Assembly (NCBI GenBank): GCA_035221665.1
Contig: CM069153.1
Coordinates: 32,364,001-32,428,000, forward strand
Source of the DNA: Okamejei kenojei
Taxonomy: Eukaryota
Direction of reading: 5' to 3'
Length of the DNA stretch: 64,000 nucleotides
Part shown: positions 25,061 through 38,610 of the stretch, piece by piece
Position numbering within the stretch: position 1 is the first letter of the stretch
Layout: every line of letters starts with the position of its first letter
Made by a program: the position numbers and the translations under genes
Notes under the pieces: model-generated
Seen by the model: the letters and a program-made list of their open reading frames with translations, nothing else
What the model was told of the DNA's origin: nothing
Database searches by the model: none

Positions 25061-25318
25061 AATTCGGGAACTTGCAAAGTTATTCAATGTTCTTCTTTTT
25101 AGCAGCATTGTAAACTATCGTTGAATTATTCAGTAGGTTCCAGCCATTAGATGAGGGAAATAAATTGAGAGAGAGTGACCTATTTTGACGAGTGATTTGT
25201 TACTGAATGAGGGGCAATGGTAACCTACCGTGTGGTAGATGTGGGAACAAGAAATTGTTTTTTTTTTAATATTTGGTGTTCATTTGTGACTTTTTACTTA
25301 GTTTTTATTTATTGACAG

Positions 25319-25508
25319 TGTTGCAATGGATCCACTCTACCCATCCCGCTGCTCCTGGGAGACCTTTGGCTACGCCACCAGTGCAAATGTTTCATTTGAT
25401 TCCGATGAACTTTCCCCTCTGCAGTTATCTGGCCTCTTGAACAGCCTGCCATGTTCCATTTGCTTTCACCAGGAGGAAAGCATCAGCATCATCAAACTCA
25501 TTGAACAG
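25319..25508 (+). CDS. TMEM94: TMEM94 exon (VAMDPLYPSRCSWETFGYATS...ISIIKLIEQ)
   Basis: cag|...|gtagac, 190 nt, phase 2/0. Confidence 0.97.
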
Positions 25509-27353
25509 GTAGACATGTTTGATCAAGTTGCAATATAATCCCCTTTACACTGTCAATTCCAACCCCACTCCCTCTCCAGGTCCCTTGCCTTGGGTACTCA
25601 TATTCACTGACTTCAATTCTGAATTATGGTGTACTTATATTTTCCTGCCAGCCACTTCCTATGATGCAATTGCATGTTTTAACTATAAACAACTCCTTTC
25701 TCTGAGTTGCCATTATAAAGTAGATTAGCGTTGGGATATCAAAAAAATACTTTTCAATATTTTTGTTCCTTTGTGTGACTTTATGCTGTTTTCTATTCTC
25801 ATGAAATCTAATCTTTTCCGAAAGGCTCCGCGCAGCACATTTGCTGTATCAAAGGTGCTGCTGACAGTATATGCGTCTTCTCTGAAATTACACATGGTTC
25901 CCCTTTCTCTGGGCAAGATGGGTGAAGGACCAAGAGAATGACTATGAAATAATTTCAATATTTTCCATTTTTACCTTTTTTACTTTGGGTCAGACAGCAT
26001 CTTTGGAGATAGAAACAGGGTTAAAATGCCCCGGTGATTACTTTTCACCACAAATTTTGATAAAAGGTTATTGATCTGAAGTATTAATATTTTCTCTGCT
26101 GATGCTGCCAAACTAGAGTATTTCCAGTATTTTATTTCAGATATGCTATATTTTGCTTTTGAGTAAATAGGTCTATTTTCTTCATTAAAGAGTCATAATT
26201 ACTGCTAAAAGAGATCAAGATAAGATTGAGGGGTGATCTAATCATGTTATATTTTATGTACGCATGTTTTGTGTCTATGGTGTTTAAGGATTTTGGGGTA
26301 TAAAACGGATAGGCCAAATCTTTGGGTGCAGTTATTGATAATAGGAGGATATGATTTTTAAATTATAGCATGAGGAACTGAATTAGGCCTATAGGCCCCT
26401 TGAACATACCCACAAAATGATAATGGAAATCTGCAATACCCACTGCCACATTCACTTCTTGCTCTGCATCCTGGAACAACTGGAGGTTTTTTGATTGAGG
26501 GAGATTAAGGTTTTAAGGGATGTGAAAAAAACAACAGGCAAATGACTTTGAGGTGCCAACCGCTCAGTGTCAGATTACATAGTGTGGCAGGTCAGAGGTG
26601 TCTGAATTGTCTCTCAGATTCTGAGGATCCTACTTCTAATTAATTTGCATGCAGTGTTGTACATTCATTACATATTAAGAGTAGAAACTGCTATGTTCTC
26701 CTGACTTGTGTTGAGGTTAAAAATAGAAAATAGGAAAAAAAACTGAACCAGTCATTCTTGAATGGTTAATCCATTTGTGAAAAGAAAGTCAAGCATTGAA
26801 AAAATTGTAACATGATAATCTCAGCAAGAAATGTGTAAAATGTCATCAAATGGCAGCATTGCATTTACTGCCACGTGTGCTGAGTTTAAATCCAGAGTGC
26901 AGCACTTAAATCCCCAAAATAAACACATTGGAAGGCACCAATGAAATACTGTAGTGAAAACTTTCATACTAATAAACAACATTTGACGGTGCTGTTTGCT
27001 GTACTTGCCTGCAGGTTTATGTTGTCGTTTATGCTTCCTTTGGCCCACTGCTAATCGCATCAGTGATTTTTCTATTACTTTACTCTGTCCTCCTTGCACT
27101 TATCTAGTTTCCCCTTTAACATATTTATGCTCTTTGCCTCATCCATTTAATATGGTAGTGCATTTCACACTTGAATTGCAATTCAAACTGAGTCATTTGG
27201 GTGGTTCCCTGGTTTTTACATTATTACTGCCTTTAGGTTCAGCTGGCTGGATGGTTCTGTGACAATTTTTAAGTGTGCTCTGCAACAACATTGCACAGAC
27301 GCAACTGCAGAGCATCAGGTGCCTGTGAGATGTTCACTACATGGTGTTCATTA

Positions 27354-27839
27354 AGGGGCTGTCCCACTTGGGCGACCTAATCCGCGAGTTCTGGCGAGTT
27401 TGCCCTCGACTCATACTCGCAGCATGGTCGACACGAGGTCGTAGGAGGTCTTTGTAACTCTCCTTCATGCTCGAGAGTGGTCTCCGCGTACTTGAGGCCT
27501 GAGCTAGGTCGCGACGTTTTTTCAATATGTTAAAAAATGCCCGTGAGTAAAAAAAGGTCGCCATGGAAAAAATCGATACTTTTTTTACTCGTAGGTTTAG
27601 TCATAGTAGGTCGTAGTAGGTCGACATGTTAGTCGTAGGTAATCGAGGATAGTCAAAGGTAGTCGTAGATAGTCTTCATCATAGTCGAAGGTGATCAAAA
27701 GAGGTCGTCTTCACTCTCCACTATTTTCCCAAAGTTAGTCGAAGCTGGTCTTCAACATAGTCGAAGGAGGTCTTCAACGTGTCATTTTTTCAACCTCTTC
27801 TAAACTCGCCAAATAGGCCACCCAAGTTGGACAGCCCCT
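27354..27839. mobile_element. PIF/Harbinger-type MITE (486 bp) with internal gtcg-rich repeats
   Basis: TIR AGGGGCTGTCCCACTTGGG / CCCAAGTTGGACAGCCCCT, TTA TSD at 27351-27353 and 27840-27842. Confidence 0.85.
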
Positions 27840-28624
27840 TTAAATGTTCATTACTAGGAATCATTGGATAGTATTTTGAGAGTAGCTGTGATATTATAGC
27901 TTCCTTTCTAGAGCCACCTCCAATATTGTGCCATTGGTGAGTTAAGAATGTCGAAGAAGGTGGAAAATTGACTACCCACCTTGCTACATCAATCATTGAA
28001 TAGAATCCTCATGCTCATTGCCTTCAGAAGTTTGACCTGATATTTTTTATGATCAAGGGGTTATCAGTTGCAAAATCAAACTGCTGGAGCAGCCAATGTG
28101 AAGGCGGGGTTGCTCCATTTATTAGTAAACAACGGACCATTTATCAGCGCAATATCAATCCTGTTTGCATTGTGTATACATGTTTCCTAGGGGATATATT
28201 CAAAGGGCTGTTCTCAAGAATGTGAGGAGGCTTCCATTTGAAGACCAATGACTTTAAAATGTCCAATCACACTGATCAGTGTTGCCATCACTGCACAGAT
28301 ACTGTCATTGTGTCAATCGTTTTTGGGCATGATTGGTTAGATTTTCCAGGTGCCAAACTATCAGCCGGATAGTCATTTGGAAGCAAGCAAGGCGTTGGAA
28401 GGAATTTACATCAATGCTAATGTATGGGTAATCTTTAAATTTATATAATGCTAAATTAAGAGCAATCATGGTTTTCCCTGAATTAAATTGCATATTCCAC
28501 AGTTTTCTGTAAAATGGCAGAGAAGTGAAGAATGTCTGCTGTGCCAAAAATATATTTCTTTAGCTCAACCAATATTTGCAGATTATTTGTCTGGATGGTA
28601 TCATAATTAACTCCAAAAAAGGCA

Positions 28625-28775
28625 AAAAGTGCTTGAGTAACTCAGCAGGTAAGGCAGCATTTCTAGAGGACATGGATAGGTGACCTTGTGGTTCAGGGCC
28701 TTTCACCAGTGTGAGATGTCACCTAGTTATGTCCTCCAGAGATGCTGCCCGACTCACTGTGTTATCCAGTGCTTA
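28625..28775. mobile_element. Palindromic pair of PLE terminal modules (old)
   Basis: gagtaactcagcaggtaaggcagcatttctagaggacatggataggtgac is inverted by gtcacctagttatgtcctccagagatgctgcc. Confidence 0.7.
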
Positions 28776-30810
28776 GTGTAGTCTTTCTAATTCTGCAGAT
28801 CAGCTAATTCTGCAACTGACCTGGGCTTTGCCTTTATAATGCAATATTACAGCACTATCAAGATTTACGTAAGAAACTATTTGGATGGTTCTAGTTATTT
28901 AATATTGCATACTAATTGGTGCAGAGTCTACACCTGCTTTATGACCTATCATCAATGCAATGCAAGATTCATACTGGATTAAAGAACTGTTCACTGCATT
29001 TTCCAAGATTATTGCTGAAGTGGTGCCAGTCCTAGTGATGATCCCACTGATGTTTGGTAACAGGATCCCCGAAGCACATCAATTCTGTCTAAATATATCC
29101 TGAGGTATTTTGGCTGATCAGCATTTTCAAGGTTAAAGATATTCATGTCACTTTGAGAAGTATTCGTCAAGAAGACATCCGATGAACCAAATTGAATCTG
29201 ATATTTATATACAATCTTGGTGGCTGGTTGTCAGTCAGTTTATGCTGCGTTTCCCCCCCCCCCCCCCCCCCCCCCCCCAGAGACTGCCAGTTGTTAATCT
29301 GGGGAAAGCTAGAAATATATTGATGATATTTTTAAATTTCTGCAGTAGGATGTTAATTTTAGAACCAAGTCTCTGAAAAAAATAAGTAGCAGTTACATTC
29401 TTACAACCAATAGGGTGTCTCAAACTCCATGGACATCACATTGGCTACATCAGTCGAAGCCATTCAGCCTATCATATTTGCACTGGATCTATCAGAACAA
29501 CTCTCAGTTGCACCTCCTTTGTCTCTAGTACTTGCAATTCTTTATCTTCACCAATTATGTATGTAATTCGCTCTTGAAGGCCATAGTGGATACTGCTTCC
29601 TCCATACCTGTAGGCAACGCATTCCAGGTTCTAACCACATGCTGTATAAAAATGTCTCTCCTTGTGTCATTATTAATTCTTTTTCCCTTTACAATTAGTC
29701 CAATCACGTCAAATGATCAGCACCGTCACAATAGTAATCACCATGACCTCCTCACTTCATCGAATCTCTTCCGCCGCTCTCTCCAAGACAACAGTCCCAG
29801 TCCGGATTGATCTATGTAGCCATTGTCCCTCATCCAGGAATCATTATCGCTCATTGATTCTGGATGCTCCTGGTGCATAATATTTGCCTTGAAAGCCATC
29901 ATACCTAATACCATTCCTGTTTGAAACTTCTGCAGGCCTTCCTGGATGTGAGTTAAGAGGAGGTATTGATAATGTTTCAATTCAATGTTGCTCTAAATGC
30001 ACTCAATAATGCACTGGTTCACTGTGGAAGGCTTGATTGCAATAGCACGCAACAAAAAGCTTTTTACTGTACCTCGGAGCACGTGACAATAAACTAAACC
30101 ATCTACTTAATGATGTGGTTTGTGGAATAAATGTTTGCCTGGACATTGGGGCATATTTCCCTGTCTTCACAATCGACCTGCACTGACTCAAGGACTGTAA
30201 TATGATGAAGCTAATTTTGAGTGGACAGCATAAACAGAACGGGAGATGATTTGATTTTGTAAGACTGGTTTGGTAGAATCACTGCTACTAATATTTCTTA
30301 TGTGTGTTGGATAAGCATTCAGCCCACAATTTTGTACAATTTTCCTGTGTGTTGCCAGAGAACAAGTATGCATTCCAGGAATCCATGAGTGGAAAACTGC
30401 TTCTCCTAATCTGAACTAGTCTTGCTGTATTACACCAGTTCATCAGGCTAGGTTACTCACTTACCCAGTCAATACTCCTCAGACCAGTATGAAATGAAGA
30501 CATGGTTAAACCAAAAATAAATACTGTCCACACAACATTTGCTAGTATCCACATGTTTAGTTTGTGTATAATTTACAAAAGGCAAAGCAAAATTGAACAT
30601 AACCTTCCTGCAGTTTAATTTAATTGTACAATTATGACTTTTAAAAGACATTTGGATCGATACATGGATAGGAATAGTTCAGAGGTCTATGGGCCAAATG
30701 CAGGCAAGTGGGACTAGATCAGTATGCCAACTTGGACCAAAGGGCCTGTTCCGTGCTGTGTAGTTCCATGACTCAAACTCTAACTATGGTGTTCCCATTT
30801 TTTTCTACAG

Positions 30811-30888
30811 GCACGGCACACAGCATATGGAATCAGGAAATGCTTTCTGTTCCTCTTACAATGTCAGCTTACTCTTGTTTTCATACAG
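30811..30888 (+). CDS. TMEM94: TMEM94 exon (ARHTAYGIRKCFLFLLQCQLTLVFIQ)
   Basis: cag|...|gtagga, 78 nt, phase 0/0. Confidence 0.97.
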
Positions 30889-32009
30889 GTAGGAAAATAT
30901 GTTTTTGTTTCCCTTTACATTTACCTAATGTGGGTAAGATCTTTACTTGAGTCTAAATACTTGTAAAAAATTGTAAATATTCTTCTACTCTAAGCAGGGT
31001 TCAGTAATGAACCTTATCCCTACTCAACTCCTGGCCTCCCAGACCCCCATTACTCTTCAATCTTAATACCATTTGTTTCTAGGCGGATTCCTTCCCTCTC
31101 CCTAGCATCTGCAATAATATGCAAAATCCTTTTCAGAGTGTGTTTTACTTTGGTTTTTGTAGTTGGATGGTTATGTAGCTCCTTATATGGATTTTCTTTG
31201 TCTTAACTGATGCAGTTGGTACCCATTCCTGTTAAAATGAGGGATTGCTCTGTTATGCTGTGAGCTGTTCTCTGACACCAATATAACTGGTGAAATCTTG
31301 TGAAAATCATTCACAGTTGACTAAGCACAAGGGTATTACCCACTTTTAATTGAATTTTGGGTGGCTCATCAGCAAGCATCTATCCTGCAGTTCATTGTTC
31401 TTTAATGCATTAAAATATATATTTTGATCACGCAATCTTGGAAATGATTGCATTTAGATTTGAGCTATTTTGCCTGTTAGAACAGATGAAAGGCTCCCTG
31501 AGATTCATCACATGCTTAAATCGCTTCAAACTTCAGTGGTAGACCATGTCAATGTAATATTTCCACATTAGAATTTTATCTCGAGATAACCTCTTTATAG
31601 TCAGGTGGTCCCAAGAACCTCTATCTTACATCTTAATTGCATGGCCATTTTAATGTTTATCTTAGCTGTTGAAGAGATGTTCAACTATGTTGAATATCCA
31701 TTTTGCAGCTGGGTCTCCCCCTTGTTTAATTCTTCAGATCTTTCAGATTTCACTTGCTCAGTCACACTATGCTTGCCTCTGAGATATTGAACAAATTCTT
31801 GATCTGACGATCTAGGCATGTTGTTGGCTGTGAGTGTGTGAAATTGGGGCTTCAGAAGGGTAATGCTTGTCCCATGTGACTTGTATTGTCTGATGGATCC
31901 TGTCATTATTGTAATAGTGCATTTGTCCTTAAAATGTTTACTGACTAATGTGGTTCTTAAAGACATGATGTCCCCCTTATTTAAGCCAGTCTTTCTTGCA
32001 TTTGAGCAG

Positions 32010-32095
32010 TTTCTGGCCTGTCTGGTTCAGTTGCCACCACCACTCGGCACCACTGATGTTCTCTGGCTGTCCTGCTTCTGCTACCCATTGCTCAG
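32010..32095 (+). CDS. TMEM94: TMEM94 exon (FLACLVQLPPPLGTTDVLWLSCFCYPLL)
   Basis: cag|...|gtcggt, 86 nt, phase 0/2. Confidence 0.96.
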
Positions 32096-33563
32096 GTCGG
32101 TATATATGACACCTGTCAGCAACAAATGCAAAGAGAAAACTTTTGGTTTGCCCTCATCAGATTGGAAATTACATTGATGTTCCAAATGTATAAATATATA
32201 ATGTTGGTTTAGAAATACTAATGAAGGTATAATTAAAGCCTCTATTCTGATCATGCAATCAGTAGTGTGCTACTTTGAAAGAGCTAAATAATTCCATTTT
32301 CCTGCCTTCTTTTCATAGCCCTGCCACATTTTACAGTCAAAGAACATGGAAACGTACATATTTGCCCTAGTTTGGCCCATATTCTTCTCAACCTTTCCTA
32401 ACCATATACTTGTCCAAATGTCTTTTAAATGTTGTTATTACACCTGCTTCACCTATATCAGTCATGGAACTGTACAGGATGGAAATAAGCCCTGCTTAAC
32501 CATGCTTACCGAATTGTCATACTGGCCTAATCCCATTTGCCTGCAGGTGACCCATAGCCCTCAAAACCCTTCCTATCCACATATCAGTCAACTGACTAAT
32601 GTGCTGTACAAAGCAATGTGCTGTACAGACAACATTTTCATGCTTTACATTTTTTCCAATTACCTTTAATTTGTTTTCTGCTTCTGTAAACAGTTTCTGC
32701 CTTTATAATATGTCAAAGCTCTTTATGATTTGGAACTCCTGTGCTAAATCTTCCTTTAACCTCCTGTGCTGGATGAGCAGAACCTCAGTATCTCAAGTCT
32801 CCTTGCGACCCCCCCTATATAGATCAACAATGTTTAATTCCCAAGTTGTGGAACTTGGGAATGTGTATCCCATGTTATCACTCCTGATTAGTTAAGTGCA
32901 ACAGAAATACATGGACAGATTAATTACGATTATCTGCCACTGAAAGGAGTGGATCATATATCCTCAGAAGCTTTTTGCATAATCAATCCATGTCAAGAGA
33001 ATTGTGATCTTTTCATTAACCAGGTTGTTAGATTTTGCTACAGGCTTTGATTTGCTTTATTGATTACCAGTTTGTTAATATATATTGGACTAAATGTTTC
33101 ATTGGGCAATACCAGCAGAAAATAAGTGAAGTATTAAGATGTGGTTGTAATTCCTGGACAAAAAACAAAGTGCTGGTGCAACTCAGCAGGCCAGGTAGCA
33201 AAAGTACCCTATGATAGAAATCCTGCATTGATCCCTTTTTGGTTTCCCCGTGTTCCCATCGACTCCCCACAGATTCTACCACTCACCTGCATAGTTGGGG
33301 TAATTGTGCTTTTGGTAGAATGTGATGCGTGTTTGCACTGTAGCTATCCTCGCAGCGATTAGATCACTGGGTAATTGTGCTTAACTCTTCGTGTTAGTTT
33401 GACTCAAAACACCTCGGTCTCATGCAGTGGGTGTCTCCCTCCATGTGATGTCACATCTCTTTCAGTGTGGAAGTTCCTCTTATTAGATCTTGTGTAACAG
33501 AATTTGCCAAATCTTATATGCTCTTGAATATTATTGGCCAGAAACTGAGAAACAATATACCTT

Positions 33564-34340
33564 GTGTAGGAAGGAACTCCAGATGCTGGTTTACACTGAA
33601 GATAGACACAAAATGCTGGAGTAACTCAGCGTGACAGGCAGCATCACTGGAGAGAAGGAATAGGTGACTTTCCAGGTCGAGACCCTTCTTCAGACTGAGA
33701 GTCGGGGAGAGGGAAACTGGAGATATGGAAGGGTACAAAGAGAATGTAAGGTGTGAAAACAGATCAAAGGAGGCGATCAAGGAAATGTAGAAGTGTTAAA
33801 GAAGGAACTGCAGAAGCTGGAGAATCGAGGGTACACAAAAGGCTGGAGAAACTCAGCGGGTGCTGCAGCATCTAAGGAGCGAAGGAGATAGGCGACGTTT
33901 CGGGACATGTAGAATGGTTGATTGTTGGCTATGGGAAAGGTGACAACAAACAGTAAAACCAATCAGGAGGACAGTGAAACTAGTCGGAGAATTAGGGTGG
34001 GGGAGGGATGGTGAGAGAGGGAAAGCAAAGGTCACTGGAAGTTAGAGAAATCAATATTCATACCTCTGGGTTGTAAGCTGCCCAAGCGAAATATGTGGCG
34101 TTGTTCCTCCAATTTGTGTTTGGCCACACTCTTACAGTGGAAGAGGCCCAGGACAGAAAGGTCAGTATGGGAATGGGAGGGCGGGTTAAAGTGTTTAGCA
34201 ACCGGGAGATCGCGTTGGCCTAGGTGAATTGTGAAAAGGTGTTCAGCGAAACGATCGCCGAGTCTGCACTTGGTCTCGCCAATATATGAGAGTCCACACC
34301 TGGAATAGCGGATGCAGTAGATGAGGTTGGAGAAGGAGGA
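33564..34340 (-). mobile_element. Penelope-like 3' fragment with a second PLE terminal module nested at 33793-33906
   Basis: Minus strand encodes YIGETKCRLGDRFAEH and KLEEQRHIFRLGSLQPRGMNIDFSNF. The nested insert is flanked by atgtagaa at 33785-33792 and 33907-33914. Confidence 0.85.
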
Positions 34341-35061
34341 TGTACCTTAATTCCACTTTTGACAACCACAGGAAATACAAGGAAAAGAAAACTAGAATTA
34401 TTAACCAATGATGTGACGTTAGGTGACATGTGACATGGGAAATGGGAAATGGAAGCAGGGGAAGGATATTCAGCCTCTGGCGCCTGCATAGTCATTCAGT
34501 AATCTTTCACTTTTGCACCTGATCTCTTGATATTCACCTAAAATTCTACAAATATCCACTTGCCACAATCCCTTTGGGTGGGCAGTTTCAGACATTGACC
34601 ATGATGTGGGGAAAGACGTTCCCTCTCATCCGGAGGGAATAACTTGATTTTCAGGTTCCCATGTACCCCAGCTGGGGGAAGCATCATGCCTACATCTGCA
34701 TTGGCAAGCCCCATAAAAATTTTATATTTTGGTGTGATCATCTCTCGGTGTTCTCAATTTTTTTTGTCGGATTCTAGGATTGGAAATGGGAAGTTTGTAA
34801 AATCCCTTCGTGAGGGTACTTTGCCAAATCCAAGAAGGAAACAAGAAGAAATGATCACGAAGAAGTGATCTGATCCGTTAACAGCCACATTTGTGGAATG
34901 GCACAAAATGGATGCTGTTTCACGTTCCAAATGTGCTAGGAATGCTTAAGTGAAAACAATAAATTTGTGAAAGTAAAGGTTGAACATCTTAGACAAATAA
35001 GCATGTTTTGAAAGGAGGTAATTAGACTGGTCTTTCATTATCAGTTTTGTTTTGTAATCAG

Positions 35062-35143
35062 TGCTGCCTTGTTGGGGAAGCCTCCAGACAGTTCGGTGAT
35101 GACAGTAGCAACAGGAAAAAACTATGTATACCTTCCAAAAAAG
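35062..35143 (+). CDS. TMEM94: TMEM94 exon (SAALLGKPPDSSVMTVATGKNYVYLPKK)
   Basis: cag|...|gtgaga, 82 nt, phase 2/0. Confidence 0.95.
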
Positions 35144-35312
35144 GTGAGACTCCATTCATTACTGCAATCTCTGTAGTGTACACTTTTGTACTAAAGGACA
35201 AATCTTGGAAAACTATAAAAAATAAAGAAATGGTTCTGTAGTAGACCATATTAAAGCAGTAATCTGTAATAAACATGTATGGCTCTATAATCAGCAAAGC
35301 GCATGACATAGG

Positions 35313-35878
35313 AACATAGAAAATAGGTGCAGGAGTAGGCCACTCGGCCCTTCGAGCCTGCACCGCCATTCAATATGATCATGGCTGATCATCCAACTCA
35401 GTATCCTGTACCTGCCTTCTCTGCATACTCCCTAATCCCTTTAGCCACAAGGGCCACAAGGGCCACATCTAACTCCCTCTTAAATATAGCCAATGTACTG
35501 GCCTCAACTACTTTCTGTGGCAGAGAATTCCACAGATTCACCACTCTCTGTGTGAATTTTTTTTTTAAACCCTTATCCTTAAACTGTGACCCCTTGGTCT
35601 GGACTTCCCCAACATCGGGAACAATCTTCCTGCATCTAGCCTGTCCAACCGCTTAAGAATTTTGTAAGTTTCTATGATCCCCCCTTAATCGTCTAAATTC
35701 TAGTGAGTACAAGCCAAGTCTATCCAGTCATTCTTCATATGAAAGTCCTGCCATCCCGGGAATCAGTCTGGTGAACCTTCTCTGTACTCCCTCTATGGCA
35801 AGAATGTATTTCTTCAGATTAGCAGACCAAAACTGTACGCAATACTCCAGGAGTGGTCTCACCAAGGCCCTGTACAAT
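35313..35878 (-). mobile_element. CR1 3' fragment, same subfamily as 12753-13517
   Basis: Near-identical tail sequence with an internal 9-bp slippage duplication gccacaagg. Confidence 0.88.
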
Positions 35879-36381
35879 GCTTTCATTCCAAATATATTAT
35901 GGTCTTCAAATGTATTACAATTTTAGTTCATTTCATGGAAATTAAATCACTTGATACAACATTTGCATTGTGCACTGGCATGGGTGAATGGGCCCGTGTG
36001 TCTCTGGCCTTTTCTGGAGATCCATATGTGAATGTAGGTGGATCAATTAATGTCAGCAATTTGAGCAAAAGAGAGCTACAAAGAGAAACACAAGATTATT
36101 GCATAGTTGTTAAATATAGGGGGAAAAATTGCTACTGTTCTATATCATTTTTAAACTTTTTTAAAGATCATTCCACCCTAGACTAATAAATGGCATTTAA
36201 CTGGCGTCACACATAAAGTAAACACTAAACAATTGTATGCTGTCACAGTGAAAAATCGATTACTTTCAAAAGAAAGGAAAGAATCTTCATTAAAGCATTG
36301 ATGTTAGTGTTCGTAATGCTGAGACATATAATTTCATCCGATATCCGATGTGATGGTATCATTCTGTGTTTCTTTCTGCAG

Positions 36382-36527
36382 ACTCAGCAGCACTTCCTTG
36401 TGTGCTTCCTGATCAAGTTCAGCCTCACTGTTTTTGCCTACCTCGTTTGCTTTGGATTTATGCTGCAGGAGTTTTGTAATAAGTCTAGATCTTTGAATGT
36501 TACCAACTGCTTGTCAATAATGAACAG
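36382..36527 (+). CDS. TMEM94: TMEM94 exon (TQQHFLVCFLIKFSLTVFAYLVCFGFMLQEFC...NVTNCLSIMN)
   Basis: cag|...|gtgagt, 146 nt, phase 0/2. Confidence 0.95.
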
Positions 36528-36709
36528 GTGAGTGTCCATACCCCAACTCCAGGAGCAGGCCTGAATTTGGATAAAAAGCTTGCATTCCATCTTTTTTCAG
36601 TTTAGTTTAGAGAGCTGTCTTATATAACCTCAAAACCCCAAGGCACTTTACAGTCAATAGCCTTCTTTAAGTTACAGTAATTTATTTAACTGCTGCAACA
36701 TTCCACACA

Positions 36710-37035
36710 TCAGGTTGTATAAAATCATGAGAGGAATAAATCGGGTAGATGCAGAGAATCTCTTGCTCAGAGTAGGGGAATTGAGGACCTGAGGACATAG
36801 GTTCATGGTGAGAGGGAAAAGATTTCATAGGAATCCGAGGGGTAACTTTTTCACACAAAGGGTGGTGGGTGTATGGACCAGGCTACCAGAGGAGGTAGTT
36901 GAGGCTGGGACTATCCCAACGTTTAAGAAACAGTTAGACAATTACATGGATAGGACAAGTTTGGAGGGATATGGACCAAACGCATGCAGGTGGGATGTGT
37001 TGGGCCGGAAGGGCCTGTATCACTCTATGATTCTA
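36710..37035 (+). mobile_element. CR1 3' fragment
   Basis: ORF 36805-37068, RGNFFTQRVVGVWTRLPEEVVEAG. Confidence 0.85.
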
Positions 37036-37899
37036 AGTTGCGCATTATTGAGTTCCACCAAGCATTGATGAAACAATAAAAACTGAAATTGTTGTTTTTT
37101 GCACTTTTTGATTTTTACCAATGAGACAATGACGGAATCATCTATTTTAGGAGTGTCTGGTCAATTATCACATTTGGCCAGGGTGGGGAGAAATGCTTCT
37201 TTTCAATATAGTGCAGTGGGATCTTTTACATTTGCCTGAAAGCAGATGTTTTATTTTTTTATTCGCAAGACCACATCTTGTGACAATACACTGCCTTGCT
37301 TGTCTGGGTTATGAAGTTGAATCTCTAGCAAATGTTTGGGATTGACAACTTTTTGACTCTTTGATGATGCCACATAATGAGTGGCTAAAGCCAACATTTG
37401 GGTCCTTCCTGAATAATTCTATTAATAAGGAGTCTGCTTTTGTAAATAAAACACCAATGTGTCAATTCTCCAATGCAAAATATGTTCCAAACTAGAAGTC
37501 AGAATTTGTTTTTAAATGAATGGAAAGAAATGACATGCAAAGTCAATAAGCAGTAAATAATTTAGTTGTGGTGTTAGATAATAGGGATGAGGAGTATTTG
37601 AACACTTAGCCAAACCGGAGCATTGATGTTGACATACCTGAGCCACATTTACTACAGACAATTTTCAAAGTATCATTGCAATTTGTCTTGTTGTGGTTCC
37701 TGCTAGTAGTTTATTAGAGTATTACATGGTTATCTGAATCTCAGAACTCAGAGTCCAGACAAAACAAGTGAGAACAGCAAAGGGCTGAACAGAAATTTCT
37801 CAGTGAATTGGCACATTGTGATTTAGAGCAGTAGGAGAATGCTGTAAGAACACTGGTCAAATGGTATCCATCAACATTTCGGGCCAGGACTGAAATGGA

Positions 37900-38610
37900 A
37901 ATCTAGCAGTACGTGGAAAATCAGGTGGAAATATGGGCGGAGAAATGGCAAATGAAGTTTAATTGTACAAATGTGAGGTGTTGCATTTTTGGAGATCAAA
38001 TGCCAGAGGAAGGTTTACAGTAAATGACAGACTCCCTGGGAACATTTGATGTACAGATGTATCTTTAGGTGCAAGTCCATATCAACCTGAAAATGGCAAA
38101 ACATGGATTGGCAGATATTGAATACATACAGCATGCTTGCCTTCTTCGGATGTGACATTAAATATGAACAATGGGAGTCATATTGCAGTTGTATAGCATT
38201 TTCAGTTTGACCATGTTTGGAGTATTGTCTGCAGTTCTGGTCACCAATTCACAGGAAAGATGTGATGGCTTTGGAGGAATGTAGAAGAGGTTTGCTAGGA
38301 TGCTGCCAGTGAATATTTACTGTAAGGAGAGGTTGGACAAACTTGAATTATTTTTGCTGATGGATCAGAGGCGTGACCTGATTACTATGTATAAAATTTA
38401 GAGGACTACATAGGGTAGATGGAGTTTTTTTTTTTGCAGGGTAAGTGCCTGGAAAGCGCTGTCAGAGGTGGTGATAGAAGTAGATATAGCAACGTTGAAG
38501 GTGCTTGTAGTCAGACAATGCACAAGCAGGGAATAGGGCTATGGACCGTGCGATTTGTTAGATTGGTATCATGATCTGCATCAATGTGGTTGGCTGAAGG
38601 TCCTGTTCCT
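37900..38610 (+). mobile_element. Old CR1 fragment
   Basis: WAEKWQMKFN and LEYCLQFWSP remnants. Confidence 0.7.

Noticed and set aside
27590-27780. CRISPR-like array
   Set aside because: These are short degenerate repeats without constant repeat-spacer periodicity, inside a eukaryotic MITE, with no cas genes.
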